A DNA stretch of 64,000 nt from Octopus vulgaris (lineage: Eukaryota): the NCBI GenBank assembly GCA_951406725.2, contig OX597820.1, positions 868,001-932,000 of the forward strand, written 5' to 3'. The notes beneath the pieces were generated by a model, which was not told the origin of the DNA, ran no database searches, and saw only the letters and a program-made list of their open reading frames with translations. How positions within the stretch are numbered: position 1 is the first letter of the stretch; every line of letters starts with the position of its first letter. Positions 24,708-36,112 of the stretch are shown in pieces. The position numbers and the translations under genes are program-made.

Positions 24708-25273
24708 AACTTTATTTTATTAAGTGTTCCCCATCAAATATTAACCAAAGTATTTGCAATTACTTAATTAACCGCATCAATCTAATCTAATCATCACTTA
24801 TTGACCGACTTAACCCATTACATATAACAGCCATATCTTCCTTATATCGCATTTAAATAATGAAGGCCCTGATACACACACACACACACGCACGCACACA
24901 CACACGCACACACACGCACACACACACGCACACACACGATCACACACACACACAAGCGCACACACACACACACACACAAGCGCACACACACACGCACACA
25001 CACGCACACACACGATCACACGCACACACACACACGCACACACACGATCAACACACACACACACAAGCGCACACGCACAAACATACTTTCCAAATCTGAT
25101 TTGAAACCACTTTGATGAGCGCCAACGCATGAAACCCTCGGCCCTTCAGTCACTGTGACTTCTGCCGATTATTAATATTTAAAAAAAAGTACGTATACTC
25201 ACGTTTCGAGATCTATTTTCCTGCTTACATCACCAAACCTATATATGTATACATACATACATACATACATACA

Positions 25274-25308
<35 letters not shown>

Positions 25309-25648
25309 GTATATATATATATAAAATACAAAATGGGACAAGAACGCAAAACATCCAGATAACAAGGTGATACAAAAAAGGGACAACAAAAATCCAGTAG
25401 ACGATACAAAAACAAAAAAAAAACAAGGACGGGTCATTCGAAGCCTTTTATCTTCAGTCAAGAACCGGATCATCCTTGCAATTTCGGCTGATTAATCTTG
25501 AGATTGCTCCAATCTGGCCAGCCCCAAGGAAAAACTAGGCTAAGAGCATTAGATACCTTGGAAAAAAGCATCGAATGTATACGAGAACAAGGACGGAAAA
25601 TCGGACGATGTTACACGAATATAAATACAAAAATACAATAAAAATAAC

Positions 25649-25724
<76 letters not shown>

Positions 25725-26887
25725 GGACATAACAACAGGCGTCTTTCGACTGTGGACGAATTGAATTATATATAAAAACCAAAAATGCAAGTTCTGAAAT
25801 CTCTCGAAGAGATCACCATAGTAGTTGTAGTAACAAGTAATGTTCGTTGCCACTCTAACAAACCGGCGTTGGTTTGTTTGTGTCCTTGTGACTTGGCAGC
25901 TTGGCAACAGATCCGATAGAAAAAATACCGGTTTCGAAGTGATCGACTAAATCCCTTCACGGCGGCGCCCCCGGCACGCCCGCGCCGCAATAACTGAAAC
26001 AATTAAAACAAAAGATCTAAAATCAATATGGCCGAGAACTATAAGCCCCAAACCTACCTTAACTCTACACAAACTGACTGAACCAATTCCTCCAAGATCT
26101 TTGCAAATCTAATGACGTGGCCATTGGAAAGCGTTATGTGGAAAGTAAAGAAGTGTGAGGACGCGCTGAATAACTTTTATTTAATAAAGTTCTACTGTCT
26201 GAAATAAGACAACTCCGTAGAACTTTGTGACTGTTTGCTTTGATTACACGAAGTCACTTATGGAGGTCAGAAGTATCTGATGTTTTAAAGGCTGCCATAA
26301 GGCGGCGAGTTGGCAGAATCGTTAGCACGCCGGGCAAAACTCTTGGCGGCATTTCGTACGTCGTCTATACATTCAAATTCTACCGAGGTTGACTTTGCTT
26401 TCCGTCCGTTCAAGGACCATAAAATAAATACCAGTTGAGCACTGGGATCGATGTAATCGATAATCTCCCGTCTTCGGAACCGCTGGCCTTGTGCGAAAAT
26501 TTGATAGCAATATTGATATGAAGTGTAGACTCTCTTGAACTTGTGACCGTTGGGTCACGTCACATCTCGAAGATCAGGCTTTTTACTTCAAGAGCAAAAG
26601 GCGTCTATAAAATTTTCAATGGACAAATAAAAATCCCAAGATACGAACATAAAAATCAATGTTTGAAAATTACTATTTGTAAATCTCACAACAGAACTTT
26701 GGGGTAAAGATTTTTGCCAACATAAAATGGCAGTCCTGGTTTAGGATGAATGTTGCTGTAATTTAACCCCAGGAGACATCGTCTCCAGCTGGCTTTACGA
26801 CACGATCTGTGTCATAATTTCGAACAAGGGAATTTAGCACCCCCACTCAGCTCAAAACAATATCTGTGTATCTAACCGAACAATTAT

Positions 26888-26932
26888 TATATGCTGATGA
26901 AGAGAAATAACCCAGAAATCGCAATATACAGA
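26888..26932 (+). ncRNA. Minimal type-I hammerhead-like motif
   Basis: uauaug-CUGAUGA-A-GAG(aaauaa)CCC-A-GAAA-UCGCAA-UA-UACAGA; stem I is partly mutated relative to the twin copy. Confidence 0.55.
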
Positions 26933-27484
26933 TGTGGTTTTGAGCTGAATGGGGGTGCTAGATTCTCTCTGTTTTTAAAAATATAAGGACACAGATTATG
27001 TCGTATAGCCAACTGGAGACAATGTCTCCTGGGGCTAAATTACAGCAACATTCATCCTAAGCCAGGACTGCCATGTTATGTTGGCATATAATCTTAACTA
27101 CATTAGACTTGTTATGTTTGTACTTGTTGGAAGTTTTAATTAGAATGTTCCTATATATTCAATACCTGAGGTGTTTATATTTACCCAGGGACAGACAGGC
27201 TTTTCTGCGAATGGCATTGTATGTTGTAGCAACATCATGTCCCAATGGGAAGTAATATATCGATGGTAATATATGCTACTAACGTCCTCCAGAGAAGATT
27301 CACATAATTGATGTTTATGAAGTAAAGATTGTTTGCCAACATGACATGGCAGTCCTCGTTTAGGATGAATGTTGCTGTAATTTAGCCCCACGAGACATTG
27401 TCTCCAGCTGGCTATATGACACAATCTGTGTCTTTATATTTTCGAACAAGAAAATCTAGCACCCCCACTCAGCTCAAAACCACA

Positions 27485-27529
27485 TCTGTATATTGCGATT
27501 TCTGGGTTATTTCTCTTCATCAGCACAGA
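27485..27529 (-). ncRNA. Minimal type-I hammerhead-like motif
   Basis: UCUGUG-CUGAUGA-A-GAG(aaauaa)CCC-A-GAAA-U(CGCA)A-UA-UACAGA; 6-bp stem I, AUA cleavage triplet, weak stem II. Confidence 0.62.
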
Positions 27530-28044
27530 ATAATTGTTCGGTTAGATACACAGATATTGTTTTGAGCTGAGTGGGGGTGCTAGATTCCCTTGTTCGAAAT
27601 TATTGTTGAAATTAAGCCCCAGGAGACATCGTCTCCTGGGGCTAAATTACAGCAACTTTCGTCCTAAACCATGACTTCCATGTTATGTTGACAAATAACC
27701 TTTACTCCAAAGTACTGCTGCTGAATATCTCTCGTTGTGAGATTTACAAATAGTAATTTTTAAAGTCTGATATAGTTATTTGGGACAGAAACGAAAACAA
27801 AGTATAACTATAGGGGTCAGCTGCGCTGTAGATGTGAACATTTATTCCAAAATATTTTTAGGACAACGGCTTCGAAACCTGCACCCCCTCTAACCTGGTG
27901 GTTTTCAACCATTTTCCTACGTATGGAACCCCTTTAAATCTTATTCTACTCAACTGGATCCTCATAGCCAACTGATGTTTAAAATTCAATTATATTTTTA
28001 TAATTAAGTATAATTAAGTATCATTAGAAATTGTATTTTAAAAA

Positions 28045-28187
28045 TTTACATTATTTACATTTGACGGATATTTGTCCTTATCTTGTTTGTTGTTAACACA
28101 ACATTTCGGCTGATATACCCTCCAGCCTTCATCAGGTGTCTTGGGGAAATTTCGAACCTGGGTTCTCAATCCTAAGGTATTTTTCGA

Positions 28188-28257
<70 letters not shown>

Positions 28258-28277
28258 GCCATTATTACTATTACTAT
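28045..28277 (-). mobile_element. Inverted partial copy of the tRNA-(AAT)n-hammerhead element
   Basis: Reverse complement of about 28350-28600. Confidence 0.85.
28095..28140 (-). ncRNA. Minimal type-I hammerhead motif
   Basis: GACAC-CUGAUGA-A-GGCUG(gaggguauau)CAGCC-GAAA-UG-UU-GUGUU (CG>UG change in stem III). Confidence 0.66.
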
Positions 28278-28278
28278 T

Positions 28279-28350
28279 ATATGGTGTATTGTTTTAGAGC
28301 GCGGTCTACTAACTCCAAGATTCTTGGTTCGATTCCAAGCAGTGACCTGA

Positions 28351-28432
<82 letters not shown>

Positions 28433-28620
28433 CAAACACATCGAAAAATACTTTAGGAATGAGAACCCAGGTTCAAAATTTCCCCAAGACACCCGATGAA
28501 GGCTGGAGGGTATATATCAGCCGAAACGTTGTGTTAACAACAAACAGGATGAGGACAAATATCCATCAAATGTAATCAATATAAATAATGTACATAATTC
28601 CTCATCTCTTAAATACTGAA
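28279..28620 (+). mobile_element. SINE-like element: tRNA-derived head, (AAT)n linker, hammerhead-containing 3' module
   Basis: Degenerate A-box TGGTGTATTGT (28282); B-box GGTTCGATTCC (28326) within a T-arm CTTGG/CCAAG; (AAT)n 28350-28430; hammerhead at 28488. Confidence 0.75.
28488..28535 (+). ncRNA. Minimal type-I hammerhead motif (core variant CCGAUGA)
   Basis: GACAC-CCGAUGA-A-GGCUG...CAGCC-GAAA-CG-UU-GUGUU; U4>C substitution relative to the sibling copies. Confidence 0.62.
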
Positions 28621-29418
28621 AAGTGTACTTAAAAAATTGTTAAAATATTTTGTGCGTTGTAGAAATATAACCAATTTCTTGCAAGTAAACTTTAACGGAC
28701 CGTAAATCTGGCGTAGCATAGTAAATTCCATTGTCTCAAGCACGGGTCGAACAATGATGATGATGACACTTTAACGACAAAATCTTATATAGGACCCACT
28801 AAAACCTATATGGACCTCGGTTGAGAACCACTGATGATATTAATAAATTCACATTTATACCAACAAATATTAGCGCTTTCGGTTATATAAGTAAATTGTC
28901 TAAATGATAATCTGGAAACGTACATCGTGGCTGGAACCAAAATTCCAGCCGCGAAGCTTTGTTTCTTTGTTAGAAAGTAATTCCTTCTTTCGAGGAAGAG
29001 AACTAATGGAATAAATATAATATGCAGCCATTCATATACCCATACATACACACATACACTCTCTCTCACACACACACACGTGTGTGTGTGTGTGTGTGGT
29101 GAGTGATGGACGTTGGCTCTATAAGGAATATGATCGTTGATTATTAATGAGTTAACGATCCGCAAATGAAGATGACATTTTCTTTTTAGCCGAGTTGCTG
29201 GTTTGCAGCTTCCATTACACGACTTCTCGATTGTTTGGTTAATATTTGTATTCCATAAGCCATCCATGGCTGTTTAGTTACAACGCTCGCTTTGTAATCA
29301 CGGGATTTCGGGTTCAGTCCCACTATGTGGCAACTTGGGTAAGTGTCTTTTAGTGTAGCCCCGGGACTAACACCTTGTGAGTGAATTTGAAAGATGGAAA
29401 TCGTGCGAAAGCCTGTCG

Positions 29419-29723
<305 letters not shown>

Positions 29724-29991
29724 TAGAGAGAAAGATAGATAGATCTCAATTTCTATGGCGTATAAGTGACTGAGATTACAGCTATTTCCCCGACACCCTG
29801 AAAGGGCCGCTTGTCTGTGACTGGGTTAACTTCCCAGATCGAGTTTCAACTGCGAAGGAAATCCTTGATTGTGTCGAGGAAGACGAAAATGTTTTGCAAA
29901 CAGTCATAACCGGTGAGAAATCGGGGATCCTGGCAATGACTCTGAAACCTTGGTTCAGTCTTTGCAATGGATAAACCCCACCCACAACCAT

Positions 29992-30146
29992 TAGCGTAGC
30001 TAGAGGTCGGTAGGGGCGGTCCGCCCCGGGTGCCACTTTTAAAGGGGCACTACTTTTAGGTCTGGTGTAGGCAATATGTGTTTTTTTTTGTGGGGTCTGG
30101 GCACGGCAAACAGAAGGGCCACCCCAGGCGGCGCGAGCTACGTTAG
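29992..30146. mobile_element. GC-rich MITE inserted in the mariner relic
   Basis: Inverted ends TAGCGTAGCT / AGCTACGTTA; interrupts the transposase frame. Confidence 0.6.
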
Positions 30147-30231
30147 TGCCCCTAACCTCTCGGAGACTGAAGAAAGGACGAATGGGTCGAAATAATGTGA
30201 GAACAGTGTCGAGAGTTTTCTTCGATTATAA

Positions 30232-30625
30232 GGGCAGAATCGTTAGCCCACCGGGCGAAATGCTTAGCGGTTTTCGTCTGCCGCTACGTTCCGAGTTCAA
30301 ATTCCGCCGAGGTCGAGTTTGCCTTTCATCCTTTCGGGATCGATTAAATAAGTACCAGTTACGCACTGGGGTCGATGTAATCGACTTAATCCGTTTGTCT
30401 GTCCTTGTTTGTCCTCTCTGTGTGTAGCCCCTTGTGTGTAGTAAAGAAATAGGTATTTCGTCTGCCGCTACGTTCTGAGTTCAATTTCCACCGAGGTCGA
30501 CTTTGCCTTTCATCATTTCGGGGTCGATAAATTAAGTACCAGTTGTGTAATGGGGTCGATCTATCGACTGCCCCCCCCACCTCTCCAAAAATTTCGGGCA
30601 TTGTGCCTAGTGTAGAAAAGAATAT
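30232..30625 (+). mobile_element. Tandem dimer of SINE family A
   Basis: Two consecutive family A bodies, the second 5'-truncated at about 30452; the same dimer junction occurs on the minus strand at 46390-46782. Confidence 0.85.
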
Positions 30626-30648
30626 AAGGACATTATTCATTATGTAGT

Positions 30649-30950
30649 GAAGGCTCGTGGCTTAGTGGTTAGGGTATTCGGCTCACGATTGTAAGGTCGT
30701 GAGTTCAATTCCCGACGACGCGTTGTGTCCTTGAGCAAGACGCTTCATTTCACGCTGCTCCAGTCCACTCACCTGGCCAAAATGAGTTGTACCTGTATTT
30801 TAAAGGGCCAGCCTTGTCACACTCTGTGTCACGCTGAATCTCTCTAAGAACTATGTGAAGGGGTGCACGTGGAGTGGTCAGTTTCACGAGCAGGCTGTTC
30901 CGTTGATCGGATCAACTGTAACTGTTATTGACGTAAGCGACCAAGTGCCA
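30649..30950 (+). mobile_element. tRNA-derived SINE, head D with tail X
   Basis: GTGGCTTAGTGG A-box, GAGTTCAATTCC B-box, CORE-like TGTGTCCTTGAGCAAGAC; tail as in 11910-12290. Confidence 0.85.
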
Positions 30951-31392
30951 GTTCATCATGAGTATGCTCCAGCTGGGTCAGTCAGTCAACAAGGAGTACT
31001 GCCGGGACCCGTTGCGGCGTTTGCGGGATGCAGTTCGTCAGCATTACATGCATCAAGTGAGTGGCAACTCCACCAGGACAACCGATATGCCCATTAGGCA
31101 CAGCTCCTGCAGCGGTTTTTGGCCAAGCACAACATTTCCTGGGTCCCACAACCACCATATTCCCCAGATCTTGTCCCTTGCGACTTTCAAAAATCCCTCT
31201 GTTCAAAAATCAAATCCCACTTGATGGAACTCGTTTTACAGTTGAGTGGAGAAGAACATCGCTGAAAGGAAGTGTCTTGCTCAAGAACTCAACGCAGCGC
31301 ACGGTCGGGGGAACTGAAACTATAACCGTTACAATGGGGAGTAGAACACCCTAACCACTAAGCCACGCGCCTTCACTGATTACGATCTATGT

Positions 31393-31662
31393 TTGTTCCT
31401 TCTCGAGCCATGCCTGGCTCATAAGGGCCGGTTTCCCGGTTTCCTTGGCGGTCCGTCGCAGGTGAGCTGCAGGATGCAAGAGGAAAGAGTGAGAGAAAGT
31501 TGTGGCAAAAGAGTCAGCAGAAGTTCGCCATTACCTTCTGCCGGAGCCGCGTGGAGCTTACTTGTTTCGCTCATAAACACACACATCACCCGGTCTGAGA
31601 TTCGAACCCGCGACCCCTCGACCGCGAGTTCGCTGCTCTAATCACTAGGCCATGTGCCTCCA
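31393..31662 (-). mobile_element. tRNA SINE, head C with tail Z
   Basis: Head GGAGGCACATGGCCTAGTGA...GGTTCGAATCTC; tail GGAAACCGGGAAACCGGCCCTTATGAGCC. Confidence 0.82.
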
Positions 31663-32002
31663 CATGCACAGACTTATACTGAATCAAAATCTTCCTCTCG
31701 ATGCTGCTGATGTGATTCAAAAGCAAGCACAGCAATCTCGTGACAATAGCAGACGAAAATAATAGACACAATTAAACGAGAGTCAGGTATTTCCTTCATT
31801 TTACTCAAACACATCGATTTTATTGATTCAAAGGAGGCAGAAGATTGCCAGAGCGTTGGAGAAAATGCTTTCTGGTAAATATAGAGTTACAGTTCAAATC
31901 CCGTTAAGGTTAACTTCACATTTCTCTTTTCTAGGAACAAGAAAATAAAATATAGATACCAGGAGTGGTAAGAGACTCATGACCATATTCAGACGCACCC
32001 GA

Positions 32003-32222
32003 GGGTGGCGATCTGGCAGGAGCGTTAGCACACCGGGCCTGATGCTTAGTGGTATTTCGTCTGCCGTTACGTTCTGAGTTCAAATTCCGCCGAGGTCGAC
32101 TTTGCCTTTCATCCTTTCGGGGTCGATAAATTAAGTACCAGTTACGCACTGGGGTCGATATAATCAACTTAATCCCTGTGTTTGTCCCCTCTATGTTTTG
32201 CCCCCTGTGGACAATGGAATAA
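32003..32222 (+). mobile_element. SINE family A
   Basis: Match to 1665-1895. Confidence 0.87.
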
Positions 32223-32324
32223 ATATTTAGACGCACCCTATTTCACCAGCTCATTAACGCATTAAAGCATTTAATATGTAAAGGCATTTTGTTCGACGCA
32301 CTAAAAACTCAGCCAACTTATATA

Positions 32325-32730
32325 AGCGCTGGTGTGGCTGTGTGGTAAGGAACTTGCTTCCCAACCACATGGTCCTGGGTTCAGTCCCACTGTGTGGCAC
32401 CTTGAGCAAGTGTCTCAGACCGACCAAAGCCTTATGAGTGGATTTAGTAGACAGAAACTGAAAGAAGCCCATCGTATATGTGTGCGTGTGTCTGTATGTG
32501 TGTGTGTGTTTGTGTATGTATTTGTCACTCACCGTCGCTTGAGAACCAGTGCGGGTGTGTTAACGTCCCCGTAACTTAACGGTTCGACAAGATAGTCCGA
32601 TGGAATAAATACCAGGCTCAACAAAGAAAAGAAAGCCCTGGGATAATTTCCTTCAATTAAAAATTCCCCAAGGCGGTGCCCCAGCATGGCCGCAGTCTAA
32701 TGACTAAAACAAGCAAAAGATAAAAGATAA
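32325..32730 (+). mobile_element. SINE family B (CORE-like)
   Basis: Head, CORE-like segment, (TG)n and tail as in 7696-8120. Confidence 0.87.
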
Positions 32731-33371
32731 TCAAGGTGTAAGTTGTAGTGGTGGCTGTCGTGGTTGGATTGGTACAAAATTCAGTGCTAAATATTTCTAG
32801 GTCTGAAAAATAATCTTTAATCCTATTTTAATAATGCAAAGAATATGGAGGAAATGTACATCTAAGTGGATTCCCTCTACAATATGGAGATGTCCGCCCC
32901 TCTCGCCATCTTCTCCAGCCACCTGTGAGGGTCACGGGAATAGAATCCTCAGACACTTCCTCCATAGGATCCTATGAGAAGTCCCCTTTTTAAGTCTTTC
33001 CATATCCTCAATCCTTAACGGTTGTTCCCTCCTGGGCCGGCATCGGGGTCTGGGACATACGTCCTTTGTGCTCCCACCCCAGGCCTCACACAACATGCTA
33101 CAAGCTTACTGCTGCTTGTACTGTTATTGGATGGAAACTGCTATAAATTTTTTCGGAAAGACCCCTCTACCTAATTCCCGAATTTGTCCCCTGTTAACCG
33201 GCGCGACGGACGATGCAGTATGGTTGTCCTTTTGAACTCTTTTCATATTGCAGATTTTGGTGGTCTTATTAGCGCCAGACACCAAGTTGGTATTCGTACT
33301 TGATGTGCGAAAAACAAGGGAATGTACAAGTGCTAAAATCTCTTCAACAACATACGCCGTCGACCATAGGT

Positions 33372-33602
33372 GGAGGCGTGTGGTTTAGTGGTCAGGGGTG
33401 TGAGACGCCTGATTGTAAGGTTGTGGTTTCGATCCCTGGGCCGGGTGAACCGATGTGTTCTTGAGCAAAACACTTCATTTCACGTTGCTCCAGTCCAGTC
33501 AGCTGGCAAAAATGACCGGCGTTCGGTCCCGGGGGAAATATATGCACCACAGAAACTAGGAAACAGACCCTTTGAGCCTATGTGACTCAGGATGGGACTT
33601 TT
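33372..33602 (+). mobile_element. tRNA SINE, head D with tail Z
   Basis: D body TGTGTTCTTGAGCAAAACACTTCATTTCACGTTGCTCCAGTCCA; tail GAAACTAGGAAACAGACCCTTTGAGCC. Confidence 0.75.
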
Positions 33603-33822
33603 TATCCAATATCCCAACAACCTAACCCTAAACGAACCAGTGCGGGAGCAGAAGGGTAACAACCGATGCCGTTGAATGCTCGAAATGAGGAGAAGAGAGA
33701 CAGTCGACAACTGATGAAGGGTCCTTTCTCTGTGATTACTCGTCCTTTTTCAATTTTCTCTCTCGTTGTTTGAGTATTTAATGTTGTTTACACAGTCGGT
33801 AACACCCCGTACCCATATAAGC

Positions 33823-33882
<60 letters not shown>

Positions 33883-34489
33883 AATATATATATGACGGAC
33901 TTCTTTCAGTTTCCGTCTACCAAATCCACTCAAAAGGCTTTGGTCGGCCCGAGGCTGTAGTAGAAGACACTTGCCCAAGGTGCTCACGCAGTGGGACTGA
34001 ACCCGGAAGCATGTAGTTGGTAAGCAAGCTACTTATCACACAGGGTTTGTTATTTGTGTCTGTGTTTGCCCCCCCCCCACCATCACTTGACAACCGGTGT
34101 TAATGTGTTTACGTCCGCGTAACTTAGCGGTTCGGCACAAAGAGACCGATAGAATAAGTACCAGGCTTACAGCGAATAAATCCTGGGGTCGATTTGTCCG
34201 ACTAAAGGTGGTGCTCCAGCACGGCCGTAGTCAAATGACTGAAACAAACATAAGAATATATACGACAGGCTTCTTTCAGTTTCCGCTTTGGTCGGCCCGA
34301 GGCTATAGTAGAAGACACTTGCCCAAGGTGCCACGCAATAATTTGCGAATGTCCATAGGTCTGCCGTACTCAGGGGCACCAGCTCACGATAGCAAAGCGT
34401 TTTTTTTTTTCTTTTATCACGCTATCATACCACTGACTTACGGTATGGACTCATTGGACCGCTGCTTGGAGGCCCCACGAATCAGTTCT

Positions 34490-34830
34490 GTAGCCTGTTG
34501 TCAAGAAATAGGGCCCAGTTATTAATTTACCCAGGAGTCCACACGGGTCTAGGGGCTTAGTTTTGATCCCTGTATGCTGCAGTTTGCTATCAATAAATAA
34601 ATACACTAGGGCCCAGTTCATAAATTTACTAAGGGTCTCACGGGTCTGGCAGTCCAATGCTAACTTATGTATGCTGCGGTTTGCTGTCCACAAATAGGGC
34701 CCAGTGCAATCATTTTCCCCGGGGGTCTCATAGGTCTGCAGGCCCATTTCTGATCTATACCGCCTGTTGTCAATAAATAAATGCTAGGGAACTCAATGCA
34801 TTGATTTGCCCAAGACGGCCCCGCAAGGTG
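34490..34830. repeat. Degenerate ~90-bp tandem repeat, about 4 units
   Basis: TAGGGCCCAG at 34509, 34607 and 34695, and TAGGGAACTC at 34785, with shared GGTCT and AATAAATAAAT segments. Confidence 0.7.
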
Positions 34831-35159
34831 CCTCAACTTTTGCAGCGCTTTGGGGATATTCATTGGGTCTGCTGTACTCAGGTGCCTCGAGACCATCTGC
34901 TTACAATGACAAAACGGTTATGTCTGCCACAGAATCCTAATTATTTTCATAAGCAACAACCATCGCATCTCTTCTCCATATCTTGGTGTGAAAGGAGAAC
35001 CAGAAGAGACGGGTTCACAGTTCCATTGTTTTTCTTTACATGTTTTCGGTTTTTCTTTCTTTTTCTTTTCTCTTTTTTTTTTTTTTTTTTTCTAGAAAGA
35101 TGCGGATATGTTCAACAATAAGAAAAGAAAACAAAAACAAAAGCAAAACAAAATTCAAC

Positions 35160-35330
35160 AAAACCCGGGGGTGAAAATGCCATCGCATCGCTGGAAAAAA
35201 TAGAAGAAATTGCGTTGAGAGAAGCGATCGCGCGCATGCGCTGTGGAGTGAGAATCGAGAGCAACTTTCTAATATCGCGAACCGTGTTTTCGCTTTGTTG
35301 GTCAGGGGGGACTGCGCCCTCCTTCTCTCT
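35160..35330 (+). promoter_or_regulatory. Candidate CpG-rich promoter with an NRF1/ewg-type site
   Basis: GCGCATGCGC at 35232-35241 in locally CpG-dense, non-repetitive sequence. Confidence 0.5.
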
Positions 35331-35820
35331 GCTACTATTACCACCACTATCATCACTATAAGCAGCAGCAGTAGTAGTAGTAGTAGTAAGGCAGCTACTA
35401 TAAAGCTCCGTCATCGCTGCTGCTTCGTGTTCGACAACTACCACCACCACCACCACCACCACCACCTCCACTACAATTACTACTAGCACCGCCGCCGCCG
35501 CCACCACAACACTAAGCGTTGGTTGGATCTGCTCTTAGCTTTTTGTGGAAGCTGCCTACGACAACCACTGTCACACACACACACACACACACACACACGC
35601 AGTCAGATAGTCACGCGCACGCACGCACGCACACACACACACACACACACGCAATTTTCACTTTCCTCAGCCAGTGAAGAAGCTTTCACATCGGTAGTCA
35701 ACTAATTCTGCTTCGCTTTTCCCTTCTCTCCTCTTTAACTACTGCTGCTGTTGTATACAGATACATATCCACACACACACACACACACATATATACACCT
35801 ACACTTATACACACATACTC

Positions 35821-35851
<31 letters not shown>

Positions 35852-36100
35852 CACATTTATATTATATAGTACTGTGTATCTGTCTATTCGTCATTCGCTC
35901 TCTCATTTCTCATACACACACACACACCTGACGACTGTTTAGCGAACAACTATTCATACAACACATATTACAATATCACAATATTACAATATTACAATAT
36001 ATAGCAGTCTTTTTTCAAAACCGGCAAATATCTGCAAATAGCAGAAAAAAATTATATATTTTCCTTATATTCCTCAAAGTCGGAGATTTTGTCTTTAAAA

Positions 36101-36112
36101 CAGGAGGTAAGT
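36101..36112 (+). other. Consensus 5' splice donor (possible end of a non-coding first exon)
   Basis: CAGGAG|GTAAGT; exon would end at 36106, about 0.85 kb downstream of the promoter-like region. Confidence 0.45.

Larger units (their letters stand above)
26668..27760. mobile_element. Nested fold-back element: two ~430-bp inverted arms, each itself a hairpin with a hammerhead in its loop
   Basis: Unit U forward ~26705-26858, reverse ~26937-27098, forward ~27322-27480, reverse ~27559-27706; the spacers are inverted copies of each other; outer IR AATTACTATTTGTAAATCTCACAAC / GTTGTGAGATTTACAAATAGTAATT. Confidence 0.88.
27896..28833. mobile_element. hAT-type MITE hosting the nested hammerhead element
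   Basis: Ends TGGTGGTTTTCAACC ... GGTTGAGAACCACTG; internal sequence homologous to 18103-18318. Confidence 0.65.
29835..31190 (+). pseudogene. mariner transposase relic split by nested insertions
   Basis: Collinear pieces: EDENVLQTVITGEKS..QSLQW | RRLKKGRMGRNNVRTVSRVFFDYKG | VHHEYAP..SVNKEY..RRLRDAVR..WQLHQDN..PPYSPDLVPCDF. Confidence 0.85.

Noticed and set aside
26705-27706. LTR pair interpretation of the repeated unit
   Set aside because: The units alternate in orientation, and there are no TG...CA termini, PBS, PPT or internal ORF.
30167-30195. CTGAAGA...GAAA string
   Set aside because: It lies within mariner coding sequence (RLKKGRMGRN) and forms no stems.
33700-33800. CAACTGATGAAGGG, a possible hammerhead start
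   Set aside because: No downstream stem II closure or GAAA; at best a decayed repeat.
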